From NCBI GenBank assembly GCA_016930235.1, contig JAFGHI010000021.1, positions 56,810 to 120,809 of the forward strand: 64,000 nt of DNA. The letters run 5' to 3'. Within the stretch, counting starts at the first letter, position 1. Each line of letters starts with the position of its first letter. Made by a program: the position numbers and the translations under genes. Positions 1 through 9,253 of this stretch are shown piece after piece. This DNA comes from Candidatus Omnitrophota bacterium (GTDB lineage: Bacteria; Omnitrophota; Omnitrophia; Omnitrophales; Aquincolibacteriaceae). A model generated the notes under the pieces. The model saw only the letters and a program-made list of their open reading frames with translations. It made no database searches and had not been told where the DNA came from.

Positions 1-687
1 CCCTATCCCGAAAAAAAGGCCGAAGATTTTTTTCTTTGGATGGTGATCGGCGTTATTCTCGGAGGACGCTTAGGGTATGTCCTTTTTTACGGGTTTGACT
101 ATTACATCCAGCATCCCCTGGAAATCTTTCTCCCCTTTCAATTTGAAGGCGGTGTTACTTATACAGGGATCACCGGGATGTCATATCACGGAGGCCTTGC
201 CGGAGCGGTTTTAGCCGCTCTGTGGTTCTGCCGAAAATCGATACCCTCTTTTTGGACTTATGTGGATTACCTTATGCCTTGCATCCCCGCCGGTTATACC
301 TTTGGGCGGATCGGAAATTTCTTAAATGGAGAACTATTCGGACGCGTCACCAGCGCCCCTTGGGGGATGTATTTCCCTGCAGATCCTCTTGGAAAACTTC
401 GCCATCCTTCCCAGCTTTACGAAGCCTTCTTTGAAGGAGTCCTCCTTTTTGTGATCCTTTGGTCCATTCGGAAAAAGAATCTATTCCCAGGATTTCTTTT
501 TTCCGTCTATCTTCTGGGATACGGATTTGTCCGATTTTTTATCGAATTCACGCGTGAGCCCGACGCCCATATCGGTTTTGTTTTCGGCTCGTTAACCATG
601 GGACAGATTTTGTGTCTTGGGATGATCTTCATCGCTGTCCTATTTCTCATCTTTTTACCGAAACCGCAAAAAACGAAAGCATCTTAG
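1..687 (+). CDS. lgt: Prolipoprotein diacylglyceryl transferase (5'-truncated by window edge)
   Basis: Motifs GGRLGYVLFY, GMSYHGGL, GRIGNFLNGELFGR, HPSQLYE, RFFIEFTREPD; frame is open from base 1. Confidence 0.95.
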   Translation, partial: PYPEKKAEDFFLWMVIGVILGGRLGYVLFYGFDYYIQHPLEIFLPFQFEGGVTYTGITGMSYHGGLAGAVLAALWFCRKSIPSFWTYVDYLMPCIPAGYTFGRIGNFLNGELFGRVTSAPWGMYFPADPLGKLRHPSQLYEAFFEGVLLFVILWSIRKKNLFPGFLFSVYLLGYGFVRFFIEFTREPDAHIGFVFGSLTMGQILCLGMIFIAVLFLIFLPKPQKTKAS

Positions 688-693
688 GCGATC

Positions 694-1344
694 ATGAACC
701 AAACCATTGTTTTCGGGGACATTCATGGCTGCTATGATGAGTGGCGGGAATTAATCGATACGATACAGCCTGATTCTTCTGATCAGCTCTTTTCCGTCGG
801 CGACATGATCGGCAAAGGGCCTCATTCAAGAAAAGTCCTGGATTTGGCCCATCGGCTCTCCAATTTCCGGAGCGTCATGGGAAATTTTGAACAATACCTC
901 GTGCGCAAATGGCGAGAAAATGCACTTGCTTCGATTGACGACCCTAGGGTCCTTGTCGCTTTGAGGGACCTTGAAAGCGATATCGATCGATACCTTGAAT
1001 GGATTGCAACATGGCCTCTTTATCTTGATCTCGAGAAATGTCTTATCCTACATGCGGGACTCACGCCGGGGATACCTCTTCATAAACAGGATCCTGATGA
1101 TTTGGTCAACATCCGCACCTTCGGGGCACCTGCCAAGCCTTGGTACGATTTTTATCAGGACGACAAACTCATCGTTCACGGCCATTGGGCAAAACAAGGT
1201 TTGGTGATTCGCAACAACGTCATCGGATTAGATACGGGATGTGTCTACGGGAAAAAGCTGACCGCTCTTATCCTGCCGGAAAGAAAATTTGTCAGCGTCC
1301 CCGCCAAGAAAGTTTACGTTCCCATTCACCCAGCACAAGAGTAA
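694..1344 (+). CDS. Calcineurin-like metallophosphoesterase (ApaH/PrpE-like)
   Basis: GDIHG, VGDMIGKGP, GNFE (GNHE variant), HAG, HGH, LDTGCVYG. Confidence 0.85.
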   Translation: MNQTIVFGDIHGCYDEWRELIDTIQPDSSDQLFSVGDMIGKGPHSRKVLDLAHRLSNFRSVMGNFEQYLVRKWRENALASIDDPRVLVALRDLESDIDRYLEWIATWPLYLDLEKCLILHAGLTPGIPLHKQDPDDLVNIRTFGAPAKPWYDFYQDDKLIVHGHWAKQGLVIRNNVIGLDTGCVYGKKLTALILPERKFVSVPAKKVYVPIHPAQE

Positions 1345-1417
1345 AAAACAACAGAAGCGTAAAGAGGCATAGAAAAATAAATTTTGCGAGGAGATTTTTC
1401 TTGGCTTCCTTGCTTCT

Positions 1418-1669
1418 TTAGCTGCTCTGCCTTTTTTTAGGGACCGGATCGTATCCGCTCGTTCCCCACGGATGGCATCTTAAAATCCTTCTGAGGGCCA
1501 ACCAGTTTCCACCCAGAATACCGTGTTCTTGAATCGCCTCGATCATGTATTGAGAACACGTGGGCATATGGCGGCAAGAACCGGGGAAAAAAGGAGAAAT
1601 CAGCCTCTGATAAATTTTGATCATCAAGATGATCGGAAAAGCGATTAAGGCATGGATAAAAGATTTCAT
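1418..1669 (-). CDS. yidD: Membrane protein insertion efficiency factor YidD
   Basis: [34 protein letters not shown]. Confidence 0.93.
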   Translation of the reverse strand: MKSFIHALIAFPIILMIKIYQRLISPFFPGSCRHMPTCSQYMIEAIQEHGILGGNWLALRRILRCHPWGTSGYDPVPKKRQSS

Positions 1670-1701
1670 TTCAAGATAAACTCCGAAAGAAATCCGCTTG
1701 A

Positions 1702-2103
1702 TTAGTGGTTTTTCTTATCCTTCTCTTCTTCTTCCTGGGCTTTAATACTTAAGCGGGCGTAAGGCATGACCTTCAGTCTTCCCTTAGGTATGGGAGTTCC
1801 GTATTTCTCGCAGATTCCGTAGGTCCCCTCTTCGATTTTCTTTAGAGCCGAATCGATATCATTAAGAAGGTTTTGTCCATTGGAAGCCATGTTGATTTGG
1901 AACTCGGTGTCGAAACTGTCCGTCGCCACATCGGCCATATGAAAGCTATACCCCGACAGATCTCCGGTAGACTCTTTCTGGCTCTTATTCAGCACATCCC
2001 CCTCGATATTTTCGATGCCTTTGATAATCTTCTCGCGCAAAATGAGGAGACGCTTCTTGAAATCTTCCAACTCTTCCTGAGTAAAATTGGGCTTGCGCGG
2101 CAT
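1702..2103 (-). CDS. DksA/TraR family transcription factor with degenerate zinc finger
   Basis: Coiled coil with HMADVATD tip and [17 protein letters not shown]...RL..MPYA; only one of four Cys retained. Confidence 0.85.
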   Translation of the reverse strand: MPRKPNFTQEELEDFKKRLLILREKIIKGIENIEGDVLNKSQKESTGDLSGYSFHMADVATDSFDTEFQINMASNGQNLLNDIDSALKKIEEGTYGICEKYGTPIPKGRLKVMPYARLSIKAQEEEEKDKKNH

Positions 2104-2127
2104 GAGATAAGGCGAGTCTGTCCTTCC

Positions 2128-2280
2128 CTATTTCTTTTCCCGAAAGACGACATAGCGCTTAAGAATGGGATCGAACTTCTTTCTTTCAAGCCTTTCCGGA
2201 TTCTTCTTCTTATTCTTGCGCGTCGTATAGCTGTAGGAACTTTCGGTGCTCTTCAGCGTAATAATTTCGCTTGGTACCAT
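2128..2280 (-). CDS. rpmG: 50S ribosomal protein L33, cysteine-free form (not in supplied ORF track)
   Basis: Manual translation MVPSEIITLKSTESSYSYTTRKNKKKNPERLERKKFDPILKRYVVFREKK*; Y-T-x-KN and L-x-x-KKFDP motifs; GGAAGGA RBS upstream. Confidence 0.93.
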   Translation of the reverse strand: MVPSEIITLKSTESSYSYTTRKNKKKNPERLERKKFDPILKRYVVFREKK

Positions 2281-2491
2281 CGTTTATCCTTCCCTTTTCG
2301 ATAAAATTAAAAACGGTGCAGAAGTATACTCTAATTTCATCCGTTTTTCATCCTTTTTCCTACTCAATACCTTTTTGCCCGCAATTTCCCATTGTCCTGC
2401 AATAAATTGAGCCATAATGCTAAAAATTGAACGGCCATGCATCATCTGCCAAGCCATCACCGCTCGATTATTCTTATGGGATCAACCCAAG

Positions 2492-2531
2492 AAAAAAGCG
2501 AGGCTAGCTATGCTCGCAGCCTCGCTTTCTT
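2492..2531 (-). terminator. Intrinsic terminator after the SOD gene
   Basis: Inverted repeat AAAGCGAGGCT...AGCCTCGCTTT with T-tract on minus strand, 20 nt past the stop codon. Confidence 0.7.
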
Positions 2532-2550
2532 GCTTGGAGCACTCAAAAAA

Positions 2551-3153
2551 TCAACTCTTCACGGCCTTGTTGACACCCTGAAGCTGGCTTTCAACAAACT
2601 CCCAGTTCACAAGATTCCAGAAGGTCTCAACATATTTTGGGCGGGCATTCCGGTAATCGATATAATAGGCATGTTCCCAGACATCACAGGTCAAAATAGG
2701 GGTCTGGTTTTGAGTGATCGGGTTCTCCGCGTTTTTCCCCTGGACAATCTGAACGCCTCCATCTTTCCCTTTTACTAACCAAGCCCACCCGGAGCCAAAA
2801 AGGTTGACCGCCGCTTCTGAGAATTTCGCTTTAAAACTTTCGAAGCTGCCGAACCCTTTCTTGATGGTCTCGGCTAAAGCGCCTTTGGGCTCTCCTCCCC
2901 CACGAGCGGACAAACAATTCCAATAAAAAGTGTGATTCCATACCTGCGCGGCATTATTAAAGACAGGCCCCGAAGAGGTCCGGATCAGGTCTTCCAGCGA
3001 TTTTCCCGCTTCCGGTTTCCCTTCGATAAGACTATTCAACTTCGTTACATAAGCGTTGTGATGTTTCCCGTAATGGTATTCCAAGGTCTCCTTCGAAATG
3101 CGTGGCGATAAAGCGTCCAATTCGTACGGTAGTTTTGGCAGTGTGAAACTCAT
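2551..3153 (-). CDS. sodB: Superoxide dismutase, probably Fe-type
   Basis: HYGKHH, FNNAAQVWNHTFYW, FGSGWAWL, DVWEHAYY; AAQ signature favours Fe. Confidence 0.92.
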   Translation of the reverse strand: MSFTLPKLPYELDALSPRISKETLEYHYGKHHNAYVTKLNSLIEGKPEAGKSLEDLIRTSSGPVFNNAAQVWNHTFYWNCLSARGGGEPKGALAETIKKGFGSFESFKAKFSEAAVNLFGSGWAWLVKGKDGGVQIVQGKNAENPITQNQTPILTCDVWEHAYYIDYRNARPKYVETFWNLVNWEFVESQLQGVNKAVKS

Positions 3154-3267
3154 GGGATCTCTCCTTTGATTAAAACCTGGCCTCGAAAATGGTTCGGACT
3201 ATTGCCTATTTTAACACTCGAGAGCTCAAAAGAGTTCCTGAAAATGGCGCCTTTTAAAGACTCCGTC

Positions 3268-3609
3268 CTATAATATATTTTCTCCGGAACTGCCGTCAGG
3301 CAAGAGCATCAAAGGGGGGACCTCTCCGGATTCCATCACCTGAAAGCAATGGCATAGTAGACAGCCCTTCTGAGAGAGGCAAAATTTGTTCGCTGTCTCG
3401 ACAAAAATCTTAAAATCTTCTTTCTTTAATCGGTCATAGGTAGAACACTTATCAAAATACTTACAATTAGAACCTTTTTTATGGATGATCCGGTAAAAAG
3501 GACACTCTTTATACTTCTCACTCGAGCAATAATCAAACGTATCCTGCCGAAGTTGCCCGACCTGACTTTGACATTCGCGAGTGTAATCAACAAACAAAGG
3601 ACACGGCAT
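3268..3609 (-). CDS. Small cysteine-rich hypothetical protein
   Basis: 113 aa with 10 Cys; AGGGGA RBS; fills the gap between gpmA and sod. Confidence 0.7.
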   Translation of the reverse strand: MPCPLFVDYTRECQSQVGQLRQDTFDYCSSEKYKECPFYRIIHKKGSNCKYFDKCSTYDRLKKEDFKIFVETANKFCLSQKGCLLCHCFQVMESGEVPPLMLLPDGSSGENIL

Positions 3610-3685
3610 ATCTTCCCCTTTCGTTAGAAAAGCTATTTCGAAAAGATGGCCTCGGGGAAACCCCTAGCTGTCTCAACAAGCGCAC

Positions 3686-3718
3686 AAAAAGGCGGAGCAA
3701 ATCACAATTTGCTTCGCC
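3686..3718 (-). terminator. Intrinsic terminator after gpmA
   Basis: Minus strand GGCGAAGCAAAT-loop-ATTTGCTCCGCC-TTTTT. Confidence 0.75.
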
Positions 3719-3749
3719 GTTTCATGTAAAAAACAATAATACGTCTTGC

Positions 3750-4499
3750 TTACTTCTTGGCCTTGCCCTGGCTGGCAACGGCCTCCATCGCCTTTTTTAC
3801 CTTCTCCGGATCCCCCAAGTAATAATGGCGAATGGGCTTTAAATTCTCGTCAAGCTCATAAACAAGGGGCATCCCCGTGGGGATGTTCAATCCCACAATT
3901 TCATCATCGGTCATATGATCAAGATACTTAACCAGTGCGCGCAAACTGTTCCCGTGCGCAGCAATCAAAACTCTCTTACCCGATTGGATGGCCGGAGCAA
4001 TCACCTCATGCCAGCAAGGGAGAAATCTCGCAACGGTATCCTTCAAACACTCCGTTAACGGGACCTGCTCTTTTTTCAGATCTTTGTATCGCGGATCTTT
4101 GGCCGGATTGCGTTCATCATTGGGTTCCAATGCTGGCGGCCGGATATCGTAACTCCTGCGCCAGATCTTGACCTGATCCTCACCGAATTTTTCCGCCATT
4201 TCAGACTTACTTAACCCCTGGAGGGCTCCATAATGACGTTCGTTGAGACGCCAATCCCGAATGACAGGGATCCACATCAAATCCATCTCCTCCAGGACAA
4301 TCCAAAGAGTCCGGATGGCACGTTTCAGAACGGAAGTATAAGCAAAATCAAAAACATATCCATCCCTCTTAAGCTGCTTACCGCCATTTTGGGCCTCCGC
4401 GATCCCTTTTTCTGACAGATCAACATCTGTCCACCCCGTAAACCGGTTCTCTTTGTTCCAGACACTTTCCCCGTGGCGCACCAATACAAGTTTATACAT
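3750..4499 (-). CDS. gpmA: 2,3-bisphosphoglycerate-dependent phosphoglycerate mutase
   Basis: [31 protein letters not shown]; start moved to MYKL because GGAGG RBS precedes it. Confidence 0.97.
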   Translation of the reverse strand: MYKLVLVRHGESVWNKENRFTGWTDVDLSEKGIAEAQNGGKQLKRDGYVFDFAYTSVLKRAIRTLWIVLEEMDLMWIPVIRDWRLNERHYGALQGLSKSEMAEKFGEDQVKIWRRSYDIRPPALEPNDERNPAKDPRYKDLKKEQVPLTECLKDTVARFLPCWHEVIAPAIQSGKRVLIAAHGNSLRALVKYLDHMTDDEIVGLNIPTGMPLVYELDENLKPIRHYYLGDPEKVKKAMEAVASQGKAKK

Positions 4500-4601
4500 T
4501 TCCGCTTTCCCTCCCATTCAAAAATGAGTCCGTCACCTTATCTTTTCCCGAAGGGCCCGAGTTTACACCAGATCTTACCAGACTTCAACTTTCCTTCACC
4601 C

Positions 4602-6341
4602 TCACAATACAGAAGCTTCAATAACCTTTTTCTCGGGTGTAATTGCAACGTCCTGATAGTCTTGATTCTTGGGGTGATTGGCACTTCGGGTCATCAACCA
4701 AATATCGAATATCAAGGCTAAAAATCCAAAGAAGTAGCGAGTTTGCACCCAAATCCGCTTGGCATAAAACGGAATAAAAGATTCCTTGGGCATACCCGGC
4801 CGTCTTTCTCTGCGGTTTTTGATCCGCCAGAATCCTCCGAGTAAAGGATGGACATCCGTAAGAAAGACAGAGGAACAAAACCAAATAAGGGATGCGAAAA
4901 GAAGACGGCGTCTGGGCCCTTTTCTCCTTAATAACAATGTCTTCAAATGCTCCCGGCTGTAAAAAGAATCCCAGGCATCCCGGTAAGCCCGCATCCAATC
5001 TGCATTGGACATACTCGGATGCTGATTGCAGGCATGGGCAGAATCATAAAGGTTGGTATCTTCCGCCATCGGAACTTTCTTTAAATAAAGATCTTGATGA
5101 TCTTTTGAACCCGGTAAAGGCGTCATCACAAAAAACTCCGCCAGATCAAGCGGCAGTTCATGTTTGAGGAAATCAACATCCCGCCTAATCGATTCATAGG
5201 TATCTCCCGGAAAACCGATAATATACCCCGCGCATGTCAGCGCTCCATGGTCCCGCCACTTTTGGAGCATCTCCCTGTAATCCTTCAGCTGATTTTGATG
5301 TTTTCCCGCCGCTTTCAGATTATCCGGATTGACCGATTCCATCCCGATAAAAACCCGCCGGACACCCGCACGCGTCATTTTCTCAATAAAATTGGGAATT
5401 TTATGCGCCACCACATCCGTCTGAATCATCAACGAACAACGAATCCCCTTCTGTTCTTTTAGATAAATGAGCCGGTCCGCAATTGCTTCCCAATCCTTAT
5501 GCCGGGCAAAATTATCGTCTGTAATAAAAATATGTTTGGATCCATTTTTAAAGTTTGTGCGCACGAGTTTCTCAATATCATCGGCATTCCGTCCGCGCAT
5601 CGTATTGCCTTGGATATGGATGATCGTACAAAAGGAACACTTAAAGGGGCAGCCCCGGCCTGCATCAAAACTTGTTTGCCTCTCAAAAAAACGAGACATG
5701 ACCGATTGAGGCAAAATAGGTCCTGGGACATTTTCGAGATTGGGTCTATCTCCGATCAAATCATAAGCGGGTTCTAATCGATTTCGGAAAGCAGCCTCTA
5801 AAAGCTCGCCCCATTTCTCTTCAACCTCGCCTGCTACAAGAGTGATCCCTTGATCCATCGCTTCTTGAAGCCCGCAACCCTTATCGGGCAGCATCGCCAT
5901 CACCCCCGAAACATGAAAACCTCCGATCATGCTCGGAATCCCTTCCGCCTTAAACTCTATAGCCAGATCGACGGCCCGCGCATACTGGTTGGTCTGAACA
6001 CCCACCATACAAGCTATGGCTTTTTCGTTTCTCTTGCGGACACTTTGACATAGCTTACGAACAGGAATCTTCTGTACGGTTTCATCGAAGGTATGGATAA
6101 CGGGTTCAACATTTTCACCCAAAAATCCTTTTTTAAAGACATCCTGAGTCAAGGAATAGAGGCAGGCCAGAGAATTACTGGTGATAATCCCCCATCCCCA
6201 ACGAATGACATACCCCTCGTCATCGTACCGGGAGGGTTTAATCAAGATAATATGAAAACGCTCTTTTGTTTTTGATGGCACAGGAATCTTTCTTGGAAAC
6301 CAGAGAGACTTGAACGGGGAACCCAACAGTTTCTCAGTCAA
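4602..6341 (-). CDS. Cobalamin-binding radical SAM protein
   Basis: GRGCPFKCSFC CxxxCxxC motif, GGFHVS, GEVEE, DDNF, IGMES, YIIGFPGDT, TPLPGS. Confidence 0.85.
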   Translation of the reverse strand: MTEKLLGSPFKSLWFPRKIPVPSKTKERFHIILIKPSRYDDEGYVIRWGWGIITSNSLACLYSLTQDVFKKGFLGENVEPVIHTFDETVQKIPVRKLCQSVRKRNEKAIACMVGVQTNQYARAVDLAIEFKAEGIPSMIGGFHVSGVMAMLPDKGCGLQEAMDQGITLVAGEVEEKWGELLEAAFRNRLEPAYDLIGDRPNLENVPGPILPQSVMSRFFERQTSFDAGRGCPFKCSFCTIIHIQGNTMRGRNADDIEKLVRTNFKNGSKHIFITDDNFARHKDWEAIADRLIYLKEQKGIRCSLMIQTDVVAHKIPNFIEKMTRAGVRRVFIGMESVNPDNLKAAGKHQNQLKDYREMLQKWRDHGALTCAGYIIGFPGDTYESIRRDVDFLKHELPLDLAEFFVMTPLPGSKDHQDLYLKKVPMAEDTNLYDSAHACNQHPSMSNADWMRAYRDAWDSFYSREHLKTLLLRRKGPRRRLLFASLIWFCSSVFLTDVHPLLGGFWRIKNRRERRPGMPKESFIPFYAKRIWVQTRYFFGFLALIFDIWLMTRSANHPKNQDYQDVAITPEKKVIEASVL

Positions 6342-6591
6342 CTGATCTCATGATTTTGAACTTCCAAATAATTGCTCAGGAATAGACTACCTTAAGAGCC
6401 CCCCGGGTTCAAACAAAAAAGCTGCGCTAAAAGGAGTGTTCTGGGTTCTTAGAATTAGTCCAAAGGCGTCCCCCCCCGGGCACTGTAACTTCAATCACGG
6501 TAAACTCTTTTGCTTGTGCTGGAAGGAATTAAATAATTTGAGGTTTTTTATCCTTTTTTACGTTACAATACCGCCACTTTGGAGCGGCTCT

Positions 6592-7704
6592 ATGGCTAAA
6601 AAAAACGGTCCTTTTCATCAACGCATCATTCTGGGGATTGAGCTGGAGGGTTATACCATCTCAACGCCTGATCACACCATCAGCCGGAAACTTGCTTTTC
6701 ACAGAAAAGGGACCGCTGAGAAAGGGGAAAAATTCAGGAGAGACTGGTCGATCGGAACCGAATATAACAGCCGTCCTTTTTCAACCATTCGCGAAGGTCT
6801 TTTTCTTCTCAAAACAGGCCTGAGAAAATACAATCATAGTTTGTACCGAAGAAAATCACGCAATAAAAAATGCCGGCAAATCTTTCTGGTGGGCGGCTGG
6901 AAAGACCGCTTCGCCGGGGCCCACATTCATTTGTCAGTCGCGAATCGAAAACTGACTTTTGACCAAGCCAGGAAGTTGGCGGCTCACATTCACGATCATA
7001 TACCGCTCCTCATCGCCATTTCCGCCAACTCACCCGTCTGGCAAGATAAGATTACACAAATCGCTTCCAACCGTGTCCTCAAAGGAAGTAAAACCTATTT
7101 TCAACCCATTCACCGCGGCCATTTATCGCATAAACAATTCGATGAGATCACCTTGAACCGGGCAACAAAGACAAAACCACCTACCCTCGAATGCCGGGTC
7201 ATGGATTCCAATATCCCCGAAATCATCATGATTTGCGCATGCATCATCAAGGCATGCGCCCTCGGTTATCTTCGGGGTAAAAAAATCTCGAATAAAATCA
7301 GCCACTTCCGCTTTTTAAAAAGCCGCGTCGATGCGGCCAAAAACGGAATGGATGCAAAACTTTCTTGGAATCACGATTGGCTGTCGGCCGCAAAATATCT
7401 GGACCGCTTTGTCTGGACTTACCGGCAAGAATTCCGGGAAATGGATATCCCTCAGGAGATATGGGCAGCCATGAAACTCTTAAAAAGGGGTCTGAACGGA
7501 AGTGAAATTATCCGCCACTGCGCCGAAAAAGCGTATCGAAAGCATCCTCAGACATGGAAAAAGCGACTCGCCAAAAAATATATCCAAGCAATCAATACCC
7601 TTCTTGAAGGAAATTCTTCGAAAGATTTTGTCCATCAAATGGGCATCACCATACCCAACATTTCGAGAGTCTGGCTTGGGAGAAAAAAACTCAAACTGTT
7701 ATGA
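6592..7704 (+). CDS. Glutamate-cysteine ligase family 2 (GCS2/YbdK-like) carboxylate-amine ligase
   Basis: LGIELE, TEYNS, GAHIHL, SANSP, PTLECRVMD; start placed at ATG 6592 after GGAG. Confidence 0.7.
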   Translation: MAKKNGPFHQRIILGIELEGYTISTPDHTISRKLAFHRKGTAEKGEKFRRDWSIGTEYNSRPFSTIREGLFLLKTGLRKYNHSLYRRKSRNKKCRQIFLVGGWKDRFAGAHIHLSVANRKLTFDQARKLAAHIHDHIPLLIAISANSPVWQDKITQIASNRVLKGSKTYFQPIHRGHLSHKQFDEITLNRATKTKPPTLECRVMDSNIPEIIMICACIIKACALGYLRGKKISNKISHFRFLKSRVDAAKNGMDAKLSWNHDWLSAAKYLDRFVWTYRQEFREMDIPQEIWAAMKLLKRGLNGSEIIRHCAEKAYRKHPQTWKKRLAKKYIQAINTLLEGNSSKDFVHQMGITIPNISRVWLGRKKLKLL

Positions 7705-8450
7705 AAAAACGCGAACCCTTTATTGGAATCACCTGTGATATCCAGCACTACAAACGTATGAAACCGCCTTATTATGAACTTGTCTGCGATTACCGCTACC
7801 CTCAAGCCGTCAAACAAGCGGGCGGCTACCCGATCCTATTACCCATGGCCTTCGGAGAAAAGATCATTCATCGTTACCTGGATCAAATGGATGGTATCAT
7901 TATCGTTGGCGGAGACGATGTTGATCCTAAACTCTATGGCGAGAAAAAAAAACGGGGCACGGGAACTGTCCCAAAACCAAGGATTAAATTTGAATGTAAG
8001 CTCTATGAGGAGGCCAAAAGAAGAAAGCTCCCTGTCATGGGAATTTGCTATGGCATGCAGCTGATTAATGTGCTGGAAGGCGGCTCCCTCTTCCAGGATA
8101 TCCGGCGGGATGCAAGATCACGGTTAAACCATCGCAACAAAAAAAATCCACATATCCCAGTGACCATTGATCCAACTTCACGGCTTGGGAAAATTATCGG
8201 TAAAAGGCGCATCATTGCCCACTGTGAACATCACCAAGCAGTCAGTACGGTAGCGCCCTCTTTTAAACCCGTCGCCTTTGCCTCCGACAATATTATTGAG
8301 GCCATCGAAAGCCGATCGAAAAAGATCCTGGCGATCCAATGGCATCCTGAAAGACTTTTTCGGGCGCCTTCGACACGGAGACTCTTCCGCGCCTTTGTAA
8401 TGATGTGCAGGAAAAAGACGAAAAAAGCAAAACGCAGAAGAAGACGGTAA
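7701..8450 (+). CDS. Peptidase C26 / gamma-glutamyl-gamma-aminobutyrate hydrolase family (PuuD-like)
   Basis: P-x-IGIT, GGDDVDP, GICYGMQ nucleophile, HHQAV, QWHPE; 4-nt overlap with the upstream ligase gene. Confidence 0.88.
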   Translation: MKKREPFIGITCDIQHYKRMKPPYYELVCDYRYPQAVKQAGGYPILLPMAFGEKIIHRYLDQMDGIIIVGGDDVDPKLYGEKKKRGTGTVPKPRIKFECKLYEEAKRRKLPVMGICYGMQLINVLEGGSLFQDIRRDARSRLNHRNKKNPHIPVTIDPTSRLGKIIGKRRIIAHCEHHQAVSTVAPSFKPVAFASDNIIEAIESRSKKILAIQWHPERLFRAPSTRRLFRAFVMMCRKKTKKAKRRRRR

Positions 8451-8477
8451 GTCACTTGAACAACAAAGCAGCTTCTC

Positions 8478-9170
8478 TTAAGCCCGGCCGAACATACGCC
8501 TGATCTTCGCAACCATTCTTTCTTTGGTAAAACGCTCTCTTTCGCGGCGAAACCTCTTCTTGGCTTGTTCCTTCAAATGCCAAAGAGGCCAATAATACCG
8601 CATAAAAATAATCGAGGAACGACGTTTCAAGAGAACGGCGTAAAGTTTATGATCTGCAATTTGTTTTTCGGTAAATCCCTTGGGCTTTCGGGCAAAGAGA
8701 AAAACGCCCGGTTCCATGGGGTCCTTTTCCAATCTCTCGATCTTGAGATCGGAAAAAATATGCCGGGCATCTTCTATGTCATACCGCCAAAAATCATAGG
8801 GATAACCGTGATAGGCAAATCCTTCGGAACGGGTCGTCACGACAAGGCAGCCTTCGGGTTTGAGGAGTGCTTTCAGATTATGCACAATGAGCTGCCAATC
8901 AAGAACATGTTCCAGCATTTCGGTGCAAATCACCATATCAAAACGGTTTTCACCGTATTGTTTCAAAAGGTCTTCGGCACGGCATATCTCGTCCACACCG
9001 GGCCCCTGGGTAATATCAACTCCAAGGTAGGAACTGGGATGAAACGCCTGGGCGATCGGCCTGAAAGACCCGTTAACATCATAAGCGCCTACTTCAATGA
9101 CAGATTTGCCTTCGATATCTTCCCTTCGGAGTATGGTCTGACCAAATTCAAGGCAACTGGGATGGCACAC
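8478..9170 (-). CDS. Class I SAM-dependent methyltransferase
   Basis: VIEVGAYDVNG, GVD, FDMVICTEMLEH, LKPEG, YHGYPYDFWR. Confidence 0.8.
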   Translation of the reverse strand: MCHPSCLEFGQTILRREDIEGKSVIEVGAYDVNGSFRPIAQAFHPSSYLGVDITQGPGVDEICRAEDLLKQYGENRFDMVICTEMLEHVLDWQLIVHNLKALLKPEGCLVVTTRSEGFAYHGYPYDFWRYDIEDARHIFSDLKIERLEKDPMEPGVFLFARKPKGFTEKQIADHKLYAVLLKRRSSIIFMRYYWPLWHLKEQAKKRFRRERERFTKERMVAKIRRMFGRA

Positions 9171-9253
9171 GATTAGGGGTCCTTCTTCATAGTTTTATCA
9201 ACGCAGAAACAACACTCGAATCAAAAAAAGCTGTGCGATTAAACTCTTGAACT

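Noticed and set aside
6436-6591. N-terminal extension of the GCS2-like ORF
   Set aside because: Looks like AT-rich promoter sequence; a better RBS and ATG sit at 6592
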